Assembly (NCBI GenBank): GCA_039804105.1 | Contig: JBDRZU010000001.1 | Location: forward strand, 1,325,685-1,389,684 | Length of the DNA: 64,000 nt | Reading direction: 5' to 3' | Origin: a candidate division WOR-3 bacterium | Lineage (GTDB): Bacteria > Hydrothermota > 32-111 | In this document: piece after piece, positions 58,683-64,000 of the stretch | How positions within the stretch are numbered: position 1 is the stretch's first letter | Layout: each line of letters begins with the position of its first letter | Made by a program: the position numbers and the translations under genes | Notes under the pieces: generated by a model | What the model saw: only the letters and a program-made list of their open reading frames with translations | Told to the model about the DNA's origin: nothing | Database searches by the model: none

Positions 58683-59543
58683 ATGAAAAACTTAACTGAT
58701 AAAACTGATATAAAAAAGTATGAATTTCCCCAGAAAGGTTGTGTATTTAAAAATATAGAAAATGGTGTTTTTCTTTATCAAATGGATAGTTTAGATTTGA
58801 TGGATATTCTTTTAGAAAAATATCCAGAAGGAATTTTTGATATGATTTTTGCAGATCCTCCTTATTTTTTATCAAATGGTGGAATAACCTGTTATGCTGG
58901 AAAAATGAAAAAAGTTGATAAAGGAAAATGGGATCGCTCGAAAGGAGTTAATGAAAATCATAAATTTAATTTGTTATGGCTTTCAAAATGTCAGAAATTA
59001 CTTAAACCAAATGGAACAATATGGGTTTCGGGAACCCATCATATAATACATTCTGTTGGATTTGCGATGCAACTAATTGGTATGAAAATACTTAATGAAA
59101 TAACATGGGAAAAGCCAAATCCACCTCCCAATTTATCTTGTAGATATTTTACTCACTCTACAGAAACAATTATATGGGCAGCAAAAAATCAAAATTCTAA
59201 ACATTTTTTTAATTATGAAGAAATAGTTAAATTGAATAAAGGTAAACAAATGAAAACAGTTTGGACTATTCAACCTCCAAGTGTAGAAGAAAAAAAGTTT
59301 GGTAAACATCCAACTCAAAAACCTTTACAACTCCTTGAAAGAATAATTTTAGCAAGTACTAAAAGAAATGATGTTATTTTTGATCCTTTCTCTGGAAGTT
59401 CTACTACTGGAGTTGCTTCTGTAAAATTGAATAGATTTTTTGTTGGTTGTGAACTTGAAAATGAATTTGTATCTCTATCAATAAAAAGGCTAAATGAAAT
59501 ACTTGAATTTAAAAATAATAATCCAGCACTTTTTGAGGTTTGA
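58683..59543 (+). CDS. Beta-class amino DNA methyltransferase, DpnA-like
   Basis: Catalytic DMIFADPPYFLSNGG precedes SAM-binding DPFSGSSTTG (beta order). Also KG.WD, W.KPNPPPNLSCRYFTHSTE, HPTQKP. Confidence 0.92.
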   Translation: MKNLTDKTDIKKYEFPQKGCVFKNIENGVFLYQMDSLDLMDILLEKYPEGIFDMIFADPPYFLSNGGITCYAGKMKKVDKGKWDRSKGVNENHKFNLLWLSKCQKLLKPNGTIWVSGTHHIIHSVGFAMQLIGMKILNEITWEKPNPPPNLSCRYFTHSTETIIWAAKNQNSKHFFNYEEIVKLNKGKQMKTVWTIQPPSVEEKKFGKHPTQKPLQLLERIILASTKRNDVIFDPFSGSSTTGVASVKLNRFFVGCELENEFVSLSIKRLNEILEFKNNNPALFEV

Positions 59544-59545
59544 TT

Positions 59546-60088
59546 ATGAAAAAAAATGGAGTTGGTGGTTCGAAAACATTAACTGGATTAAATTTTGAAA
59601 AAAAGGTTGATCTGTATAAGCTGTTAGAAAAAATTCCTGGTTATAACTTGAAAAGGACAAAAGAAAAAGCGGGAATTGAAGTTTACTTTGAAGGTCAATT
59701 AGTTGCGAGATGTTTTAGAAAATATGAATTTTATAGGTTTCTTGATGAAAATAAAATTGAATGGAAAAAAATTATTTCAAGAAAACTTTTACCTGATGAT
59801 GCAATGTTGGTTATTGTTAGAGATACATTGTTTATAATAGAAGTTAAATATCAACAGGTAGCAGGATCTGTTGATGAAAAGTTACAAACCTGTGATTTTA
59901 AAAGAAAACAATATTTAAAACTAGTAACACCATTAGGGTTAAGAGTAGAATATGTTTATGTGTTGAGTGATTGGTTTAAAAAACCAGAGTATAAAGATGT
60001 TCTTGATTATATCCAAAGTGTTAATTGTCATTATAAATTTAATGAACTTCCGTTAACATGGTTGGGACTACCTGTTAAAAGGAATTAA
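59546..60088 (+). CDS. PD-(D/E)XK nuclease, candidate type II restriction endonuclease
   Basis: GLNFE helix, LLPDD...IIEVKYQQVAGSVDEKL. Starts 2 nt after the methylase stop (alternative TTG start at 59540 overlaps it). Confidence 0.72.
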   Translation: MKKNGVGGSKTLTGLNFEKKVDLYKLLEKIPGYNLKRTKEKAGIEVYFEGQLVARCFRKYEFYRFLDENKIEWKKIISRKLLPDDAMLVIVRDTLFIIEVKYQQVAGSVDEKLQTCDFKRKQYLKLVTPLGLRVEYVYVLSDWFKKPEYKDVLDYIQSVNCHYKFNELPLTWLGLPVKRN

Positions 60089-60634
60089 AATATTGCTATT
60101 TATTGAATCAAAAATAAAATCTATAAGGGGTTAAAAATGCAATATCAATTAAAAAACAACTAAAAATTCATGCAATGATTGAAGGATTTCTTTTGGAATT
60201 TTATGAGGATTCACATGTTTTTTAATTTCTTTTTTTGAAATGATTTGTGGATTTTTGTTATTAATACTGTTTAAATATCCTCACATAATTTGAGAGTAAG
60301 TAATTATAAAAAATTGTAAGAAAAAATTCCCTTTCGTTTTTTTATAAAAAAACTTACAATAAACGCTTTGTTCAAACTATTTTTTGTCAGATTTTTATTC
60401 TCATCAAAATATTTTTCTAAATTAATCTTTCCCTTTTTGTCTTTTTTTATAAAATTATAACATATTAAAGCATCAAGAAAAATTGGCCAGACAAGATTTC
60501 CATCTTTGTTATAATATTACCTGTTATGGTCTTGGTGAATTATTTTAAATTTTCATTTTCTTCAAATTTTTCAATCTTTTTATTTACAAAATAATATATA
60601 GAAGAAATGTTTTTCGTGTTCTTTTTTTAATATA

Positions 60635-61069
60635 TTATGGAAGATTTTCAATATCATCGAGATCTTTATATCTTCCCGATAGTTTTTTGTTCTTCTTTAA
60701 ATCTGCAAGCGAAATAATATATACTGAAACATCGTCTATTGATACTTTTTGTTTATTTTTTTCTGCTTCATCAAATCTTAAACCGTCCAAATCTGTAATT
60801 ATATCAATTCTATTCGGTTCAACCCCAAATTGAAAAACCATATTATCTTCAAGGAAATCATGATCTGATAAATCAATATCTGAAAAACCAAAACTTTTTA
60901 CTATTTCAACTATTTTCTGAGCATTTTCTTTTGTCTTTTTAATCCAAACATCTATATCGCCGGTGTATCGAGGATAACCATAATATGCTACTGCAAATCC
61001 GCCAACAATCATGTAATCAACTTTTTTTTCGTTGAAACTTTTTAAAAACTCTTTTAAATCCTTGTTCAT
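60635..61069 (-). CDS. Nucleotidyltransferase-fold protein (MenT/DUF1814-like), candidate toxin
   Basis: YMIVGGFAV..YGYPRYTGDID, RIDII, and DL..NK...GR.KDL.D C-terminal motif. Confidence 0.8.
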   Translation of the reverse strand: MNKDLKEFLKSFNEKKVDYMIVGGFAVAYYGYPRYTGDIDVWIKKTKENAQKIVEIVKSFGFSDIDLSDHDFLEDNMVFQFGVEPNRIDIITDLDGLRFDEAEKNKQKVSIDDVSVYIISLADLKKNKKLSGRYKDLDDIENLP

Positions 61070-61211
61070 TTTTATTAAAAAAATTTTTTGAATAATTTTC
61101 TCTTAATTCCTCTACTATCTTTAATCTTTGAGCTGGAGTCATGTTGTGCCATTCGCTTCGATTAAATTCTGCTTCTTCTTTTTGCTTTAGAATTTTTACA
61201 CGTTTTTTCAT
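61017..61211 (-). CDS. Small basic protein overlapping the nucleotidyltransferase, candidate antitoxin
   Basis: 64 aa with W...TP.QRL..VE.LR. Has its own -10 box 6 nt upstream; 53-nt overlap with the NTase gene. Confidence 0.65.
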   Translation of the reverse strand: MKKRVKILKQKEEAEFNRSEWHNMTPAQRLKIVEELRENYSKNFFNKNEQGFKRVFKKFQRKKS

Positions 61212-61217
61212 AATATA

Positions 61218-61246
61218 ATTATAACAGGTTGTTTAAGATAAAACAA
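61218..61246 (-). promoter_or_regulatory. Putative promoter of small protein-NTase pair (leaderless)
   Basis: Minus strand TTGTTT-17-TATAAT, ending 6 nt before ATG 61211. Confidence 0.45.
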
Positions 61247-61273
61247 GATTTTAATATGAAAAAAATAAACTTA

Positions 61274-61559
61274 GGGACGGTGCTTGACTTTTTGACAAGA
61301 AATATTTTAACTTATTGTTTTAAAATAACTTATACGAAAAGAAATTGTTAGAATTTTATTTATTTTTTAAAAGCATTTTTTGTACTCTCTCTATTTTTAT
61401 TATTCTAATACTATCATTAATAAAGGCAAAGGCAAGATATTAAATAAAAAATGTTATTTTTTAGTTTTGAAAAAATTTAAAAACTAAAAATTTATATTAA
61501 GTTTAAATCTCGTATAAAAATATAGTTACGAAAAATGTCAAAAAGTCAAGCACCGTCCC
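61274..61559. mobile_element. 286-bp non-coding MITE/REPIN-like element with perfect 24-bp terminal inverted repeats
   Basis: gggacggtgcttgactttttgaca (61274-61297) is the exact reverse complement of tgtcaaaaagtcaagcaccgtccc (61536-61559). AT-rich interior; a second copy starts at 63893. Confidence 0.8.
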
Positions 61560-61709
61560 CAATAATCCTAATTTCCAAAAAAATTCTAAAAGAAATCCCT
61601 CAATCTTTACCTGAATCTTTAGTGTTTTCAAATAATTTACAAAATTACGAAATTTGTTTCTTTATTTTCATAAAAATTCTGTTTTCTAAAAGGATATCTA
61701 AAAATTCTA

Positions 61710-62969
61710 TCAAGTCATTCTTAAAACTTTTTTAATTGTGGTAATTAATAACAAAGGATAAAAATGATAAATTATTCTATCAAAAGAATTTTTCACGTCT
61801 ATCAAACTAAATAATATTATACTAATTAAAATATAGATCAAAAATGATATTTTCAATCTTTTATTATTTTTATCCAAAATAATTATTATAAAACTTGCAA
61901 ATAGATTTAATGACCAAATTTTTATGTTAAAAAAATAACCTAAAAACAACTTTAAATATTGTGGGAAAAGCGATACTCTGCTTCTGTTTAACCATAAATT
62001 CTGCATATCTGTTTCTTCAGATGAGATACTAAATTTCATCATAAAGGAAGTAAATATTAAAAGCATAATAATAATACCAAATATTTTATTCTTTGTAATT
62101 TCTTGCTTTATATTTTTAAATTTGTAACCTGAAATGAATAGATATATTAAAAATAATAAAAATCCTTCATTTTTTATTGTCATCATAGTTACTCCATAAA
62201 CTAATCCTACATTGCAAAATGTTTTTTCATCATTTTTATCATCTTTTTCAGAAAAAATACTAAGCATAAAAAATACAGCTAAAGGAAAATCTGCATATTT
62301 TGCTATGAATGTTTTATCCTGTATCCAGTGTATAGGAGTAAGTACAAACAAAAGTAAAATCAATATCTTGATGATTTTATAATCGATAAATCTTTCATAG
62401 ACAAATAGAAAGATCAATAACATATAATAACTAAAAGAAATTGAGATAATCTCATTCGAATATTTACCATAAAGTAATCCTGAAAAGTATTCTTGTATTG
62501 GCAAGAAAATAGGATATTTTATATGACATAAAAATGCATCTTTATCAAAAAGTGAAAAAAAACCATAATCATAAATATGTTTTGCTTTTGCAGCAAAATT
62601 GAGAATACCATCATAACCATAAGTTGGTATTAAAAATAGAAAAATTGATATTATTATATAAAATAAAAGAAAAAATAAAAAATCTAACCAAAATATTTTT
62701 TTAAGGATTTCTTTTAATCGTTTTTTATTTTTAATTTTAAAAAATGTTAATAAAAAAATTATTACAATGAAAATGTATATCAAAAATCTGTTAATTTTAT
62801 TTCCAGAAATAGAAATAAAAAGAACAATAATATAAGTAATAGACATTCCAACTGCAAGAAGATCATATAAATATGGTTTTTTCTTTTTAATTATAAAAGT
62901 ATTAAATAAAATACCAAAAGTAAAATAAGTTGTTCCCTGAAATATGAAACTTAGTAAATAATTAATCAT
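61710..62969 (-). CDS. Polytopic membrane protein, GT-C (PMT/ArnT-like) glycosyltransferase candidate
   Basis: About 12 TM segments. Loop motifs YD....AAKAK, YP.FLP, YADFPL, KNEG, DR...H. Confidence 0.6.
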   Translation of the reverse strand: MINYLLSFIFQGTTYFTFGILFNTFIIKKKKPYLYDLLAVGMSITYIIVLFISISGNKINRFLIYIFIVIIFLLTFFKIKNKKRLKEILKKIFWLDFLFFLLFYIIISIFLFLIPTYGYDGILNFAAKAKHIYDYGFFSLFDKDAFLCHIKYPIFLPIQEYFSGLLYGKYSNEIISISFSYYMLLIFLFVYERFIDYKIIKILILLLFVLTPIHWIQDKTFIAKYADFPLAVFFMLSIFSEKDDKNDEKTFCNVGLVYGVTMMTIKNEGFLLFLIYLFISGYKFKNIKQEITKNKIFGIIIMLLIFTSFMMKFSISSEETDMQNLWLNRSRVSLFPQYLKLFLGYFFNIKIWSLNLFASFIIIILDKNNKRLKISFLIYILISIILFSLIDVKNSFDRIIYHFYPLLLITTIKKVLRMT

Positions 62970-63705
62970 TTTTGTCCATAAAATATATATTTTTATTGAT
63001 CTTTAAGTTATTTGAATCTACTCGATAAAAAATAATAGCATTTGGCTCTAAATCATAAACAGTTCTTTCAATTGTATAGATATTAGATAGAATATTGTTA
63101 ACTGTTTGTTTCACACCTCTTATCTCCTTTCTACCAAAAATTTCTCCTTTTTCGGTTAAATACAGAACTTTATACCCTTCTAAATTTTTTTTTGAAAATA
63201 TAAGTAATTGGTCGATACTTTTTTTTAAAGAATCAACAATTTTTTCATCTGTAATCAAATTTTCTGAATTAATCATTAAAATGGAATCAGCGAAAATAAG
63301 TAGTAGATAATTATCTTTGTTAATTCTATCATATTCTAAAAGAAATTCAAAAAGGGTTTTTTGTTTAATTTTGTTTTCAGAAAGATATGCCATCAAGTAT
63401 AAATCACTATAAGAAAAGAATTCTTTTTCTTGTGGAAGAACAATCTCAATTAAAATTTTATTTTTTTGCACTCTTTTTTCTAAATCGTGTAAATTTAACA
63501 TTAGATTAAAACCATTTATTTTATAAGAATAAATTTCAATACTTTCTGTTGGTTTTTCTTTCATTACAAAATTTTCCAAATATAATTTTATTAGAGGAAA
63601 AACAAATATTGTACTGCAAAAAATTGACAATAAGGAAAAAATAAAAAATTGCTTAATGAATCTATTGCTTTTTTCAACTTTTAAAGAGTTTATTCTATTC
63701 ATCAT
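62962..63705 (-). CDS. Hypothetical membrane-anchored protein
   Basis: 247-aa ORF with one N-terminal TM segment; 8-nt overlap with the downstream gene. Confidence 0.55.
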   Translation of the reverse strand: MMNRINSLKVEKSNRFIKQFFIFSLLSIFCSTIFVFPLIKLYLENFVMKEKPTESIEIYSYKINGFNLMLNLHDLEKRVQKNKILIEIVLPQEKEFFSYSDLYLMAYLSENKIKQKTLFEFLLEYDRINKDNYLLLIFADSILMINSENLITDEKIVDSLKKSIDQLLIFSKKNLEGYKVLYLTEKGEIFGRKEIRGVKQTVNNILSNIYTIERTVYDLEPNAIIFYRVDSNNLKINKNIYFMDKND

Positions 63706-63879
63706 TTTTTAAATTTTTACTAAATAATTTATTTTTTTACTAATCCTAATAAAAAATAATAAAAATATCAATAGGGATAGATTTATTATTTTTACATTTT
63801 GTGTGTTTTTTCAAATTTTTTATTATTTCTTTGTTTATATCATTCAAGATTTTAATTTTAATAAAAAACTTGACAATTT

Positions 63880-64000
63880 AAAAATAAACTTAGGGACGGT
63901 GCTTGACTTTTTGACAAGAAATATTTTAACTTATTGTTTTAAAATAACTTATACGAAAAGAAATTGTTAGAATTTTATTTATTTTTTAAAAGCATTTTTT
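63880..64000. repeat. Second direct copy of the inverted-repeat element (cut by window end)
   Basis: 63880-64000 is identical to 61261-61381 (121 bp), including the left TIR at 63893-63916. Confidence 0.9.

Noticed and set aside
61535..61735. 66-aa plus-strand ORF MSKSQAPSP...
   Set aside because: It starts at the inner edge of the element's right TIR and reads through it, has no RBS and runs into a convergent gene. Most likely incidental.
63706..63879. Remnant of a further membrane-protein gene upstream of 63705
   Set aside because: Only about 30 hydrophobic codons bounded by stops, in extremely AT-rich DNA where such stretches arise by chance.
61274..63916. CRISPR repeats
   Set aside because: The 24-mer occurs three times, one copy inverted, at spacings of hundreds to thousands of bases. 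There is no repeat-spacer periodicity and no cas gene.

Overview
This is a strongly AT-rich chromosomal segment from a diderm bacterium with Bacteroidota/FCB-like envelope traits: a PorX-type regulator, T9SS-like C-terminal sorting domains, a TonB-dependent receptor and an alternative GlmU. The lineage is an inference only. About 1-50 kb is dense housekeeping DNA. It holds a roughly 19-kb minus-strand gene run from a diguanylate cyclase through a PorY/PorX-like pair, folBK, panC, glmU, argS, purM, lon, dapA, amrAB and purD. It also holds a FadD/patatin/TolC-ABC cluster and rpmH-rnpA-yidD-yidC-jag-mnmE-rph-rluD-topA, with no dnaA nearby. From about 50.8 kb the DNA looks accessory. It carries a TonB receptor / periplasmic binding protein (broken by an in-frame TAG) / MCP operon, an LVIVD-repeat secreted protein with a 103-bp exact internal duplication, and a YD-like repeat protein. 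It also carries a DpnA-like methylase with a PD-(D/E)XK nuclease and a MenA/MenT-like small protein-nucleotidyltransferase pair. A 286-bp element with perfect 24-bp terminal inverted repeats and a second direct copy of it (cut by the window end) bracket two membrane-protein genes. Two window-wide patterns stand out: many operon-first genes look leaderless, and exported proteins are rich in D-[ST]-hydrophobic sequons. I saw no tRNA, rRNA, CRISPR array or transposase. All calls come from reading motifs by eye; no searches were run.
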